DNA of 64,000 bases from Eledone cirrhosa (Eukaryota), in NCBI GenBank assembly GCA_964016885.1, contig OZ024748.1, positions 38,440,001 through 38,504,000 on the forward strand. Direction: 5' to 3'. A model generated the notes under the pieces. The model worked only from the letters and a program-made list of their open reading frames with translations. It made no database searches and was not told where the DNA came from. Below are positions 24,643-38,932 of the stretch, piece after piece. A program made the translations under genes and the position numbers. Within the stretch, counting starts at the first letter, position 1, and every line of letters starts with the position of its first letter.

Positions 24643-25414
24643 ATTATCAATGTTTGCACATATAATTAACCTCCTATTCAACTGAACAATAATATAAATT
24701 GATGTTGTGAGCAACAGTTTCGTATTTACAGGGTGGAATGGATGTGACATATATTTTACGAGAATTGTACAATAATTGTACAAACATTCAAGTTCAAATT
24801 CAAAGTCAAATTCAAATTAAATTAGAATCAAAAGCACGGAGTGGAATACATGCAACAGATAAAACAAGAGAATAGTCCAATTATTAAAGAGGCATTGAGA
24901 AAGTAGTTTTGAGAAAGGAAGAGTACATTAACAATTCATATACAGGCATGTGGAGAGTGCAACTGCGTTAGTCATATACATGAGAAGGAGACAAGCAAAG
25001 CTATTATGCATATATAGATGAATAAATATTGCACTTTAAGCAAATATGTTAATGTATTAGAATCTATGGTGGATGCTGTATGCTGAGAGTGTTCGAATTT
25101 GTGTGTGTTGAGAAACATGCAGTTTTTGCAGACTTTTCCATGACATATGTTGAATTAAATTTTAGTTAATGTTTATATTGAATGTTTTAAGTTAGTTAGA
25201 GCAATGGTTTGTAAATTAGTCTTAATGTATTCATATTCATATACTATATTTGATCAACCTATAAATTTTCCAATCGTTAATTTCCGGAAGTGAATAAGGG
25301 GAGCTAATGCGTAAGGGGAGGTAACTAGGTAATTAAGTTCAATTCAGTTATTAAAATTCTTTGTTCTAATACACATTATAATGTGATACCATTATACCAT
25401 TATAATGTGATACC

Positions 25415-25509
25415 GAGGTTAACTTTGCCTTTCATCCTTACGGGGTCGATAAAATAAAGTACCAGTAATGCACTGGGTAATTGCTGGCCTTGTGCCAAAA
25501 GTAGAAACA
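25415..25509 (+). mobile_element. 5'-truncated SINE family A with a 24-bp TSD
   Basis: ATTATACCATTATAATGTGATACC at 25391-25414 and 25510-25533. Confidence 0.85.
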
Positions 25510-25534
25510 ATTATACCATTATAATGTGATACCA

Positions 25535-27772
25535 TTGAAAATGATCTAATTAAACTAGTTAAGAACATAAAATACAAAAAAACATCATAATAGAAACAAT
25601 ACCTTCTTAAACTACCTTAACTCCACTATTAAAGGATTTAATAAAAAAAAAAAAATCCTAGTGCATGCAGATAAAAGTAATAATATATATAGCTTAGATT
25701 ACGATACTTATAGAAAATGTATATATAAGGAACTGCATAGGAGCTACAAGAAAACTACTACTAAAAACCTAGAAGATATAAATACTGCATAATATAGTGA
25801 GTAAATTAGGACTTCAGAGACATACACAGCCATACACCCCTAATCCCCCAAGATTCTTTCTGAAGGACCATAAAGAAGACTTCATTAGTAACTCTTCAAT
25901 TAGACTGATTTTCCCTTCCAAATCTGACATTGGTATTAACAGCAAGAAAATATTACATAAAATAATCCCACAATTTAAGCACAAAATATACCTTAACCAA
26001 TGGGGAAATACGGGTGAGGTTATTGAATGGTTCAAGGGTATTAAAGAGTGTAAAAATAAAAAATGTATACAATTTGATATCAATTCATACCACACTTCTA
26101 TTTCCCCTATCCTATTAAATAAGGCTCTAATTATGGCCATGAACAATAGTGACCTGACTAGATCCCAAATTGATGTCATACTTGCGGCCCGAAAAACCAT
26201 AATTACATTTGAAGAACAATTATGGACCCACAAGGATACGCATAACAACTTCGACATAACCATGGGATGTAGTGACTCGGCGCAGGTCACCGATTTGGTG
26301 GGCCTATACCTACTTAATGAAATCCATAAGAACCTACCCTACCTCAATGGTGGTTTATACCGCGATGATGCGCTTCTTCTTATAGACTATAAAAAATTTT
26401 ATATAGAAAAAACTTGGAAACAGTTACACAAAATTTTCAAAAACTTCAACTTAAGTATCACCTTAGATAAAAACACTAAAAACGTCAACTTCCTTGATGC
26501 TACCCTTAGCCTAGACTCTAGAATATACACACCCTATCATAAACCTAACGAAAAACTAATTTATGTGAACACCAACTCTAACCACCCTAAATCCATATTA
26601 AATTCTATAACTAAAGAAATATCTAATAGAATCTCTAATCTATCATATAATGAAACCATATTTAACAATAATTCACAATACTATAATGAGGCCTTAGCTA
26701 AATCAGGACATAAGAATGAGATTGAATTTCTACCTATAAAATCACATAGTTACAACATTATTTCTCATAATATGGCCATGAGGAAAAATAGTAAAAACAC
26801 TAGCCACTATAACTCTAGGACAAAGATTAATACCAAACTTAACTCGCACCAAAGTAAACACCACAATAATAATATAAACAGGGATATAAATACCTCAAAA
26901 AACAATACTATAAACAAAAATAGAAGGAGAACTAATACATTCTTCAATCCCCCTTTCAATCTAAATGTCTCTACCAACTTGCCCAAGGCTTTCTTCTCAA
27001 TCTTAGAAAAAAACTTCCCAACCGGCCACAAGTACCAATAAAAATACCAATAAAAAGTACCAATAAAAATACAATTAAAATATCATACTCCACCACACCT
27101 AACATAGCATACCATATAGCTAGTAGTAATAAAAGGAAGATTAATAACTATTTCCAACTAATTAAAACACAACAGGAGGTAAACTTAGTACCTGTAAACA
27201 ATAGTAGTAATAATAGTAATAATGATAATAGCACTAATGAAATCAATAACAATATGAATGATAGACATCATTACCCTAGTGCTATCCCTAGCAACCAGAA
27301 TTCTTCACAACATAGGAACCGGCAAGCTAACACCCAGAATAAATGTAACTGTAGAACTAATAGAACTTGCCCCTTAGGTAATAATTGCTTAACCAAAGAC
27401 ATCATCTACTCATGCACCGTCAACGCAAACAACTCCTCTAAAACATATATAGGTTCTACTTCAAACAACTTCAAGATGAGATACAACTCGCACCTCCACT
27501 CTTTCAAAAAACACAATCTAGCCAGCTCCACTTCTTTATCTAGCTACGTACACTCTCTGAAAACTAGGAATAGACCATTTACACTGCAATGGAAAGTAGT
27601 AGGTAGGGCCTCATCGTATAAACCACCGAATAAATTGTATAATCTCTGCCTTCTGGAGACCCATACTATAATCTTTTCGAAACTAGACCTCCTTAATAGA
27701 AAGTCAGAGACATTTTCCTCGTGCCATCACCGGTACTGGCACTCTTTCCATAACTTTAAACCTAGCTGTTAG
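25535..27772 (+). mobile_element. Penelope-like retroelement, RT plus C-terminal GIY-YIG (probably Hydra clade), decayed
   Basis: RT motifs ADKSNN, KDHKEDF..RLI.P, QFDI..SI, TMG..DSAQV.DLVGLY, GLYRDD and NFLD. Linker CNC..CPL..CL. EN motifs IIY..TYIG..FK.RY..H, LC..E and LLN. The clade label is from recall of motifs. Confidence 0.88.
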
Positions 27773-28544
27773 TATACAACAATGTCAGATTTGAATTCCC
27801 CACCACCATTAACACTACACATCTAGGACTTAGCAGCACCCACAACCACAAACCCTTCGACCAACTCTTTCCTCTACACAACTCCTATTCATCTATAACC
27901 TTATGCTCTGCAATAACAGTTAGAATTAGACATAGAGTTACCACCTTGTGATATAACTACAATAGATTAATTATATCATATACAGTAATAGATATTTGGT
28001 ACTTAGTATGTAGAGACATTTAATGTAATATGTGATAATAAACTATATACGCATTTATAATTGTATAATTAAATACTTAAATTACACAACATAATAATAA
28101 TAAAGTATATATACATTTATAATTAAATATAAAATGTAATAGCATTGTATATTAGGGATTAACTTTCAAAATAATAATGTATATTATTACACATATGGCA
28201 TATCTATTTTGACATATTAACAACTATACAATCCTTCATAACATATACCTTGTCCAGTAATGAATAGATAACAATCTAATTTTGTCAAAGCCATTTGTTT
28301 TTTCCTAAATTAGCATTTGGGTGTGAAGGGGAATTTCATTCAATGTCCAGTTGATTGTCCTGGCTGCCTAATAGACATGAGTGTTGTAAAAACTATCTGC
28401 TGGATATTTGGTGGGGTACTCTTGGTGTAGGCACCTGGTTATGCGCTGACCAAAAACAAAGAATGCATTTTGTGCAGCATGAGCAGGGTTTTCATAATTC
28501 ACTTCTGGCATTAAGGCAGGCATTAAGATTTAATGAGTTCTCAA

Positions 28545-29185
28545 ATATTAGCCACCTCTCATTAAGATTCGAATATTAGTCACCTCTCATTAAGATCTGA
28601 ATATTAGTCCACTCTCATTAAGATTTTAATATTAGCTGCCTCTCATTAAGATTCAAATATTAGCCACTTCTAATTAAGCTCTGAATATTAGTGCCCTCTC
28701 ATTAAGATTCGAATATTAGCCACCTCTCATTAAGATTTGAATATTAGTCACTTCTCATTAAGATCTGAATATTAGTCCCCTTTCATTAAGATCTGAATAT
28801 TAGCCACTACTCATTAAGATTCGAATATTAGCCACCTCTCCTTAAGATCTCAATATTAGCCACCTCTCATTAAGATTTGAATATTAGGCCCCTCTCAGTA
28901 AGATCTGAATATTATCCCCCTCTCATTAAGATTTGAATATTAGCCACCTCTCATTAAGATTCGAATATTAGCCACCTCTCATTAAGATTCGAATATTAGC
29001 GCCCACTCATTAAGATTTGAATATTAGCCTCCTCTCATTAAGATTTGAATATTAGCCACCTCTCATTAAGATTCGAATATTAGTCCCCTCTCATTAAGAT
29101 TCGAATATTACTCACCTCTCATTAAGATTTGAATATTAACCACCTCTCATTAAGATTCAAATATTAGTCACCTCCCATTAGGATT
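28545..29185. repeat. 28-bp minisatellite (AATATTAGCCACCTCTCATTAAGATTCG)n, ~23 units
   Basis: Tandem units with no spacers. Confidence 0.95.
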
Positions 29186-29364
29186 CCTGACAAATTTCCA
29201 TTATTAAGTCTTCTAGGTTGGAGGATTGGTAGTATCGGTAGAGGGTCGGATGCCATGCTTTGCAGCATAGAGTTACGTCCCTTTGCGGTCTGAGTTCAAA
29301 TCCCGCTGATGTTAACCATTCATCCATACAAGGTCAATAAAATAAAGTACCATTAATGAACCTC

Positions 29365-29550
29365 CCCATACCATCAACATCTCCACCCCATACCATCAAC
29401 ACCCACCTATACCATCAACACCCCCTATACCATCAACACCCCCCATACCATTAACACCCCCCATACCATCAACATCCCCTCATACCAACAACACCCCCCC
29501 ATACCAACAACACCCTCCCATACCAACAATACCCCCCCCCCCTACCATCC
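29365..29550. repeat. ~19-bp C-rich tandem repeat (CCCCATACCATCAACAC)n
   Basis: About 9 degenerate units, following a 3'-truncated SINE A (29217-29362). Confidence 0.8.
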
Positions 29551-29614
29551 ATGGCTGTCAATAAAATGTTGTTTTTATGTTTTTAAAAGACAAAATAAAG
29601 ATGGAACCTCTAAC

Positions 29615-29745
29615 CTGGTAAAGCCGCCTCTTTAGCTACGATTGTCATACCTTGGCCCATGGCTGTGTAAAGATGGTGGCTGCTGTGTTGAATTGGTAGA
29701 AGTAAGCTACAGAGGGGCAGAAATACAGCCCTGATGTTAGCAAAA
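29615..29745 (-). CDS. msrA: MsrA N-terminal exon FANIRAVFLPLCSLLLPIQHSSHHLYTA-MGQGMTIVAKEAALP(G)
   Basis: 131 nt, acceptor ctctctcaacag, donor gttaga. Ends ALP-G|R as in the conserved ALPGR motif. Internal GCCATGG start at 29660. Confidence 0.9.
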
Positions 29746-29763
29746 CTGTTGAGAGAGAAACGA

Positions 29764-29890
29764 GAAAAACATTGGTTTATAGTTTATAATTTAGGGTTGG
29801 TATATTGAGGGGTAGGGAAAACATTGGTTTATAGTTTATAATTTAGGGTTGGTATATTGAGGGGTAGGGAAAACATTGGTCTATAGTTTA
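29764..29890. repeat. 51-bp tandem duplication (~2.4 units)
   Basis: GAAAACATTGGTTTATAGTTTATAATTTAGGGTTGGTATATTGAGGGGTAGG repeated. Confidence 0.85.
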
Positions 29891-29917
29891 GGGGGTAGGG
29901 GGAAGGGTTAGTTTATA

Positions 29918-30176
29918 CAGCTGGATGCCCTTCCTAACACCAACCTCATTTACAGTGAATGCTGGGTGCTTTTTTGCCGTGGTGCCTACATGACCACTTT
30001 GCAGTGGAATGATAGGAACCCCAGTCCTATCATCTCATTTCTACAGCTGAGTAAACTGGAGCAATGTGAAATAAAGTGTCTTGCTCAAGGAAACAACACA
30101 TCACCCGGTCTGAGAATTGAACTCACAACCTTTCGATTGCAAGCCCAATGCTCTAACCACTAAACCATGTGCCTCC
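29918..30176 (-). mobile_element. SINE family B (3'-truncated)
   Basis: Reverse complement of the 6590-6900 family. Confidence 0.85.
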
Positions 30177-30530
30177 ATATATATATATATATATATACAT
30201 GTGTGTAAGTATGTATACGTACATACATATATGTATACGTACATACATATATGTATACAGATGTACAGTAGTATGTATATACATGCATACATGCACACAT
30301 ATATATATGTATGTACGTATGGGTTTACCGAACATTTATTATAATGTTATATATGTGTGCATGTAAGCTAGAAACTAGTTCATCGTTCCTTTGTCGGTGT
30401 TGAACAAATAGGGCAACGATGGTTGCCAAACACTGTACGGGTAATAATTCGAGCTGTTTGTTTACAAACAAACCGAGCATTATAATAAATGTTCGGTAAA
30501 CCCATATGTACATATAAATATATGTGTGCA

Positions 30531-30866
30531 TGGAGGCACATGGCTTAGTGGTTAGAGCATTGGCCTTGCAATCGAAAGGTTGTGAGTTCAATTCTCATAC
30601 GGGGTGATGTGTTGTTTCCTTGAGCAAGACACTTTATTTCACATTGCTCCAGTTTACTCAGCTGTAGAAATGAGATGATAGGGACTGGGGTCCCTATGAT
30701 TCCACTGCAAAGTGGTCGTGGAGGTGCCACGGAAAAAAAGCACCCAGCACTCACTGTAAATAAGGTTGGTGTTAGGAAGGGCATCCAGCTGTAGAAATCA
30801 AGCCAGAATTAGTTCCTGTCCCACCCTTGCAAGCAGGGAAAAGCGGACGTAAAATGATGATGATGG
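30531..30866 (+). mobile_element. SINE family B
   Basis: tRNA head, CORE-like segment, RTE-type tail ending (GAT)n. Confidence 0.85.
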
Positions 30867-31114
30867 TGTATGTATGTATGTATATACATACTACTGTACG
30901 TATGTATACATATATGTATGTATGTATACATACTTACATTTAAGTATCAGCCGTACTAAGAGTGAGAAATGAAACTTCATTTTTTCCATTTATCGTTTTC
31001 GGTACGCCCGGCCGACTAACTCACTCGATATGCAAATTAGGCTGATCAGCCATTAATATGCATAAGGAAAGTATATACTTTCAAACGTTCAATCAACTGA
31101 CAGGAAGGTTATAC

Positions 31115-31153
31115 GGTGTTGATGACAGCTAATAAGCTAGAAACTAGTTCATC
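31115..31153 (+). ncRNA. Minimal type I hammerhead motif in a tandem/inverted pLTR-like arrangement (30200-31416)
   Basis: GGTG-TTGATGA-C-AGC-TAATAA-GCT-A-GAAAC-TA-GTT-CATC, with palindromic stem III AACTAGTT. Confidence 0.7.
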
Positions 31154-31793
31154 GTTCCTTTGTCGGTGTTGAACAAATAGGGCAGCGATGGTTGCCGAAC
31201 ACTGTAACGGCTAATAATTCGAGCTGTTTGTTTACAAACAAACCGAACATTATAATAAATGTTCGGTAAACCCATACGTACATATATATATGTGTGTGCA
31301 TGTATGTATGTATATACATACTACTGTACGTCTGTATACATATATGTATGTATGTATACATACTTATATTTAAGTATCAGCCGTACTAAGAGTGAGAAAT
31401 GAAATTTCATTTTTTCCTTATATATATATATATAGTTATGTAATAAACAAATAAACAACATAAGATAATTATTTCATTTACGATAATTATCTTATGTTGT
31501 TTATTACATAACTAATAAGCTCTGTAACCTACATAGAGCACTCTTTTTTCCTGGACCTTTCGGACAGAATTACTTCACATATATATATATATATTCATGT
31601 TAGTAAGGCTATATAGTATTCTTGTCTGATGGTCCTGCGATAAGCAGGTGAAACCTCAGAGTAAGAAAACTCACACTTTACCCTTAATAAAATGAATATT
31701 AAAACTCTATTTCGGTATCGAGTACTCTTTTCTCTCAGCTGTCAAGCACATATGGATATATATATATATATAGAGAGAGAGACAGATAGAGAC

Positions 31794-31894
<101 letters not shown>

Positions 31895-32040
31895 CAGGAA
31901 GACATAGTGTGTATGAGTGAGAGCTACAGAAATAGAGATAGAAAATAAAAGTAATATACATACATTGTGATTGGTACAAGTTAGAAATTAATGGCTGGAA
32001 CTAATATTAAAATAAAAGAGATATCTAGAAAGAGAACTTT

Positions 32041-32210
32041 CTTGACTCTACAGACAACCTTAAATACACTAAACTGTTCCAGTTGTTAAACTATAACGTG
32101 ACTCTACAGACAACCTTAAATACACTAAACTGTTCTAGTTGTTAAACTATAACTTGACTCTACAGACAACCTTAAATACACTAAACTGTTCCAGTTGTTA
32201 AACTATGACT
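32041..32210. repeat. 56-bp tandem repeat x3
   Basis: GACTCTACAGACAACCTTAAATACACTAAACTGTT.CAGTTGTTAAACTATAAC units. Confidence 0.9.
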
Positions 32211-32394
32211 TTACAGAACTCCTATCTCTTGTTTAATACTTTACAATCTTTGACACATGACAGGAATTATCAGAATCATTATGATTGGACAAAATTTATG
32301 TCTCTTGAAAAATCTGGTGTGGAAACTTGCTGAGATGAACTTTGCTTTTCATCCCTTGATCTACGTCAACAAATTGACAACAGTGGTGGGTTGG

Positions 32395-34050
32395 GTGTGT
32401 GTGATATGTATGGATAATTACATAGTGTTATGTGTGTGTGTGTGTGTATGTGTGCGTGTGATATGTATGGATATATGCATAGTGTTATGTGTGTGTGTGT
32501 GATATGTATGGATATATACATAGTGTTGTGTGTGTGTGTGTGATATGTATGGATATATACATAGTGTTATGTGTGTGTGTGTGTGTGTGCGATATGTATG
32601 GATATATACATAGTGTTATCTGTGTGTGATATGTATGGATATATACAGTGTTATGGGTGTTTGTAAGTATGATATGTATGGATATATACATAGTGTTATG
32701 TGTGTGTGTGTGTGATATGTATGGATATATGCATAGTGTTATGTGTGTGTGTGTGTGATATGTATGGATATATACATAGTGTTATGTGTGTGTGTGTGTG
32801 TGTGCGTGTGATATGTATGGATATATGCATAGTGTTATGTGTGTGTGTGTGTGCGTGTGATATGCATGGATATATACATAGTGTTATGTGTGTGTGTGTG
32901 TGATATGTATGGATATATGCATAGTGTTATGTGTGTGTGTGTGTGATATGTATGGATATATACATAGTGTTATGTGTGTGTGTGTGTGTGTGCGTGTGAT
33001 ATGTATGGATATATGCATAGTGTTATGTGTGTGTGTGTGTGCGTGTGATATGCATGGATATATACATAGTGTTATGTGTGTGTGTGTGTGATATGTATGG
33101 ATATATACAGTGTTGTGTGTGTGTGCATGTGATATGTATGGATATATGCATAGTGTTATGCGTGTGTGTGTGCGTGTGATATGTATGGATATATACATAG
33201 TGTTATGTGTGTGTGTGATAGGTATGGATATATACAGTGTTATGTGTGTGTGTGTGTGATATGTATGGATATATGCATAGTGTTATGTGTGTGTGTGTGT
33301 GTGATATGTATGGATATATACATAGTGTTATGTGTGTGTGTGTGTGTGTGCATGTGATATGTATGGATATATGCATAGTGTTATGTGTGTGTGTGTGTGT
33401 GTGATATGTATGGATATATACATAGTGTTATGTGTGTGTGTGTGTGATATGTATGGATATATACATAGTGTTCTGTGTGTGTGTGTGATATGTATGGATA
33501 TATACAAAGTGTTATGTGTGTGTGTGTGTGATATGTATGGATATATACAGTGTTATGCGTGTGTGTGATATGTATGGATATATACATAGTGTTATGTGTG
33601 TGCGTGTGTGTGATATGTATGGATATATACATAGTGTTATGTGTGTGTGTGTGTGATATGTATGGATATATGCATAGTGTTATGTGTGTGTGTGTGTGTG
33701 ATATGTATGGATATATACATAGTGTTATGTGTGTGTGTGATATGTATGGATATATACAGTGTTATGTGTGTGTGTGTGTGTGATATGTATGGATATATAC
33801 ATAGTGTTATGTGTGTGTGTGTGTGTGCGTGTGATATGTATGGATATATACATAGTGTTATGTGTGTGTGTGTGATATGTATGGATATATACATAGTGTT
33901 ATGTATGTGTGTGTGTGATATGTATGGATATATACATAGTGTTATGTGTGTGTGATATGTATGGATATATGCATAGTGTTATGTGTGTGTGTGTGTGTGT
34001 GATATGTATGGATATATACATAGTGTTATGTGTGTGTGTGTGTTTGTGAT
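32395..34050. repeat. Minisatellite GATATGTATGGATATATACATAGTGTTA(TG)n, left part
   Basis: Constant ~28-bp core plus a variable (TG)n. Confidence 0.95.
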
Positions 34051-37000
34051 ATCATCATCATCATCGTTTAACGTCCATGTTCCACGCTTGCATGGGTTTG
34101 GACGGGAATTTCCCCACTTGAGGCAAGAGTGGTTGTCTTGCTCGCATAGGACTGTCTGGCGGGTTTTCTACAGCTGCATGCCCTTCCTAACACCAACCAC
34201 ATTTACAGTGTGGGGCTGGGAGGTTTTTACCGTGTTGCCTACACGGCCACATTACAGCGTGGACTGTGTTTTTTGTCGTGACACCTACACAATCTCATTT
34301 GTTTCGGCCTGGATGTTGTGGCACCAACATAACTTTACATTGAAAGGGGCGGTGTGGATGAGGTAGGGGTGGTGGGATGGGGATGTATTTTGTTAGAGAT
34401 GCCTACTGACTGTAGTAGGTTTTACTTTGTATTTAGGTAAGGCGGGTCTTCTCTATTACTGAGTACCGCCAAAGGTCTCGGTCCAGTGACATTGTCTTGG
34501 AGAGGTGTAAGTGTGTGAGGTCGGAATTTATCAGCTCGTCCCACGTTTTTCTGGGTCTGCCTACTCCTTGACTACCGTCTATCTTTATTGCCCCGCACTT
34601 GGTTATACAGCTGTCGTCTTTCATGCGCATCACGTGACCATACCAACGTAGCCTTCTCTCGAGTAAACAACATCTGATCCCTCTTATTTCTAATTTTTTC
34701 CTTAGTTCGTTTATGCTTTGCCGTTCATGTATATTACTATTACACATCCAGCGGAGCATGCAAGCTTCGTTCCTCTCTAGTCTGCGTATATCCTCTGCAC
34801 ACAATGCCTAGGTCTCACTACCATGCAACATTGCTGTTCGTATGCAGGCATCATACAACCTGCCTTTCATTTTTAGGGAGAACCCTTTAGCGGCTAATAG
34901 TGGTATAAGCTCTCTGAACTTTTTCCATCCAGTTCTGACTCTAGCTACTGTACTTTCAGAGCACCCTCCCCCACTGCTGATTTTGTCACCCAGATAACGG
35001 AAGCTGTCCACTATTTCTATAGAACCCTCTGTGCAATTGAAAGAGCTAGTATTTTGTGGGCACTTGCTGCTACTTATTGCACCAGAGCACCGGCCACATG
35101 TAAAATCTATGTTCTTAGTTAGCTTACCTGTGATCCCACTACATCTTTTATGCACCCATACTTTGCATTTGGGACATAAAATGGAGTTTCTACCTACGCC
35201 TTTCCTACACACTGAGCATGGCCATTTGCCGGAAGGGACCGGCGCCTTATTTTCTTTCCTACAAACTAGAACTTTAGTCTTAGCCAGGTTAATTTTAAGG
35301 CCTTTTGATTCTAGGCCGTGCTTCCATGTTTGGAATTTCTTCTCTAGCTCGGCCATTGATTCAGCTATGAGCGTTAGATCATCTGCGTATAGGAGTTCCC
35401 ATGGGCAGCCGGTCTTGAACTCCTCTGTTATAGCCTGAAGGGCAATAATAAATAGTAGGGGGCTAAGAACAGAGCCCTGATGGACACCAACTTTTACGCT
35501 AAACTCTTCACTATATTCATTGTTAATTCTAACCTAGCTGACTGTTTCTTTATACATGGCTTGTATAGCTCTCACAAGCCATTCGTCAACACCTAGTTTT
35601 CTAAGAGCCCACCAGATAATGGAACGGGGGACTTTGTCGAAGGCTTTCTCCAAGTCGACAAAAGCTAAGTATAGGGGTTTACTTTTAGCTAGGTACTTCT
35701 CCTGTAGTTGTCGTACAATGAAAAGAGCGTCTGTGGTACTTTTGCCTGACACAAACCCGAACTGCATTTCATCTAGATCAATTCTCTCTCTGATTAGTTG
35801 CGCTATTACTTTTTCCGTGACCTTCATGACCTGGTCGATTAATTTAAGCCTCTATAGTTACTCCTATCTAGGGTGTCTCCTTTACCCTTGTAACAGTTAA
35901 CGATGATGCTGCTACGCCAGTCCTTCAGAACAACCCCATTCTGTATGACTTGGTTTACTATCCGGGTGACCATGGTGTGTCCCACCGTTCCAGAGGCTTT
36001 CAGCATCTCAGCAACTATTTCCGAAGGCCCAGCCGCCTTACCCGTCTTCATATCTTTGATTGACTTACTTATTATACTACCTTCGACTAACACTGCTGGT
36101 CCCTCTATTGGGTCGATGTGGGGGAGACTGTCTTTCTTCCATTTATTCTCCTCATTTAGTAGCCTTTCGTAGTGACACTTCCAAGCTACCTTCTTATCAG
36201 CGTCAGTGATGGCAAGTACGCCATCATCGTTAAGTACACACTTCTCCCCGACAATATAACGGTTTTCCTTGACACATTGCCTAGCAATCCTAAACACCTC
36301 ACGTTTTTGGTCCTCGCGTTGTAGAACATGCTTGAACTTTCTTTCCTCTGCTTCCCTTCTTGCGAAGTACACTTGTCTCCTAGCTTCCCTCCTGGCCACT
36401 TGATAGTCTTCTCTACTTCCCCCATCCCGCCATGCTTTCCAAGCCTGCTTTTTGGCCTTAATTGACCCCTCCACCTTACTGTTCCACCACCATGTTACTC
36501 TCCTCCTGCCTACAGGCCTGCTCCAGCCATCAGCAGGTTTGCTTTCAGAAATTCCCACTGTTCCTCTACATTGTACGACTCTAATTGCTCTTCCTTACTG
36601 TCGAAAGCATCAAGTAATATGCTTTGAAATTTATTTCTGGCTGTGGGATCCTTTAGCTTCCATATTTTTCTCCTGAGGATAGTCCTCTTCTGCTGTCTAG
36701 TATGTCACGTCCTGACTATGAGGTCGCTAATTATCAGTCTATGTTGGGAGGTGCATTCTTCATGGGGGAGGGATATAGTGTTTACAACACACAATCTGTC
36801 ACGTCTTCTGGTAAGGATATAATCTACCTGGCTGGTATGTTCCCCTGATCTGTAGGTGATCAAGTGATTGTCTCGTTTTTTTAAGTTAGTGTTACAGATA
36901 GTTAGGTTATTTGCATCACAGAATTCCAGGATTCTGGAGCCTTCCTCGTTTCTAGTACCAAACCCATAGCCTCCGTGGATTCCGTCATAGCCGTCACAAT

Positions 37001-37328
37001 GTTGTCCAATGTGGCCATTTAGGTCGCCAGCAATAATTATATAGTCACTGTCGGTTATTTGGGAGGTAGTGAGCATTAATGTCTCATAGAATCTGTCTTT
37101 TATAGCGCCAGGCAGTCCGGATTGGGGCGCGTATGCAGATATTACTGTCACAGTAGTTCTGTTTAGAACAAGTCATATTTTAATTATTCTGTCATTCACT
37201 CTATTTACATCTATTATCTTATCCACCCATTTTTCTGCTAACATGATTCCTACCCCACCTATCCCATTGTCATTTCCCACCCAGAAAAGCTTATAGCAAC
37301 GTTTTTTCCCACAATGAATCTAGCAGTA
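34051..37328 (-). mobile_element. RTE LINE, same family as 16750-20210, 5'-truncated within APE, inserted into a minisatellite
   Basis: ISAYAPQ, GDLNGH, VDYIL, FVDLEKAFD, HQGSVLSPLLF, YADDL and GRPRKTW; (GAT)n tail at 34051. Confidence 0.94.
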
Positions 37329-38472
37329 TAGATATGTATAGATATATACATAGTGTCATGTGTGTGTGTGATATGTATGGAATTATACATAGTGTTATGT
37401 GTGTGTGTGTGATATGTATGGATATATACATAGTGTTATGTGTGTGTGTGTGTGTGATATGTATGGATATATACATAGTGTTATGTGTGTGTGTGTGTGT
37501 GATATGTATAATATATACATAGTGTTATGTGTGTGTGTGCGTGTGATATGTATGGATATATCCATAGTGTTATGTGTGTGTGTGTGATATGTATGGATAT
37601 ATCCATAGTGTTATGTGTGTGTGTGATATGTATGGATATATACATAGTGTTATGTGTGTGTGTGTGATATGTATGGATATATACATAGTGTTATGTGTGT
37701 GTATGATATGTATGGATATATACATAGTGTTATGTATGTGTGTGTGTGATATGTATGGATATATACATAGTGTCATGTGTGTGTGTGTGATATGTATGGA
37801 TATATACATAGTGTTATGTGTGTGTTTGTGATATGTATGGATATATACATAGCGTTATGTGTGTGTGTGATATGTATGGATATATACATAGTGTTATGTG
37901 TGTGTGATATGTATGGATATATACATAGTGTTATGTGTGTGTGTCTGTGATATGTATGGATATATACATAGTGTTACGTGTGTGTGTGTGATATGTATGG
38001 ATATATACATAGTGTTATGAGTGTGTGTGTGTGATATGTATGGATATATACATAGTGTTATGAATGTGTGTGTGTGATATGTTTGGATATATACAGTGTT
38101 ATGTGTATGTGTGTGTGATATGTATGGATATATACATAGTGTTATGTGTATGTGTGTGTGATATCTATGGATATATCCACTGTTATGTATGTATGTATGA
38201 TATCTATGGATATATCCAGTGTTATGTGTGTGTGTGATATCTATGGATATATCCAGTGTTATGCATGTATGATATCTATGGATATATCCAGTGTTATGTA
38301 TGTGTGTGATATCTATGGATATATCCAGTGTTATGTATGTGTATGTGATATCTATGGATATATCCACAGTGTTATGTGTGTGATATCTATGGATATATCC
38401 ACAGTGTTTTGTGTGTGATATCTATGGATATATCCACAGTGTTTTGTGTGTGATATCTATGGATATGTCCAT
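37329..38472. repeat. Same minisatellite, right part
   Basis: Same core, with variant units at the distal end. Confidence 0.95.
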
Positions 38473-38744
38473 GTATAAGACTAAAGGTTTCTAATAATTG
38501 TATCTACTTTAGACACAAGACCAGCAATTTGAAGAGAAGGGGAAAAATCAATTAAATCGACCCCAGTGTATTACTGGTACTTTATCGACCCCGTAAGGAT
38601 GAAAGGCAAAGCTAACCTCAGTAACTTTTTGTTTCTCGTTAACTGTGATTCTTGGCTTTGAATTTTACCTGAAATTTTACCTTCGAAATCCCAGCCATGT
38701 GTTGTGGTTTTTATTTTAATATAAGATTTAATAAAATAACATCC

Positions 38745-38932
38745 ATGAGCTAAGCTGGTCTCATTTGGGGGTCGAGTGGGATCAGTGGGAGATGGTTGCT
38801 TTTGACAGGACCTGCTGGAAGGAGAGCTTGAGGACTCTGCCCCACACAACCCTCTCAAGAAGAAGAAGAAGAAGAAGAAGAAGAAGAAGAAGAAGAAGAA
38901 GAAGAAGAAGAAGAAGAAGAAGAAGAAGAAGA
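38745..38932 (+). mobile_element. 3' end fragment of another non-LTR retrotransposon with a (GAA)n tail
   Basis: One frame reads LGVEWDQWEMVAFDRTCWK (W..A.DR..W C-terminal motif), followed directly by (GAA)n. Confidence 0.5.

Noticed and set aside
25535-27772. Naiad-type selenoprotein PLE
   Set aside because: The endonuclease is C-terminal, and no in-frame TGA was seen at Cys positions.
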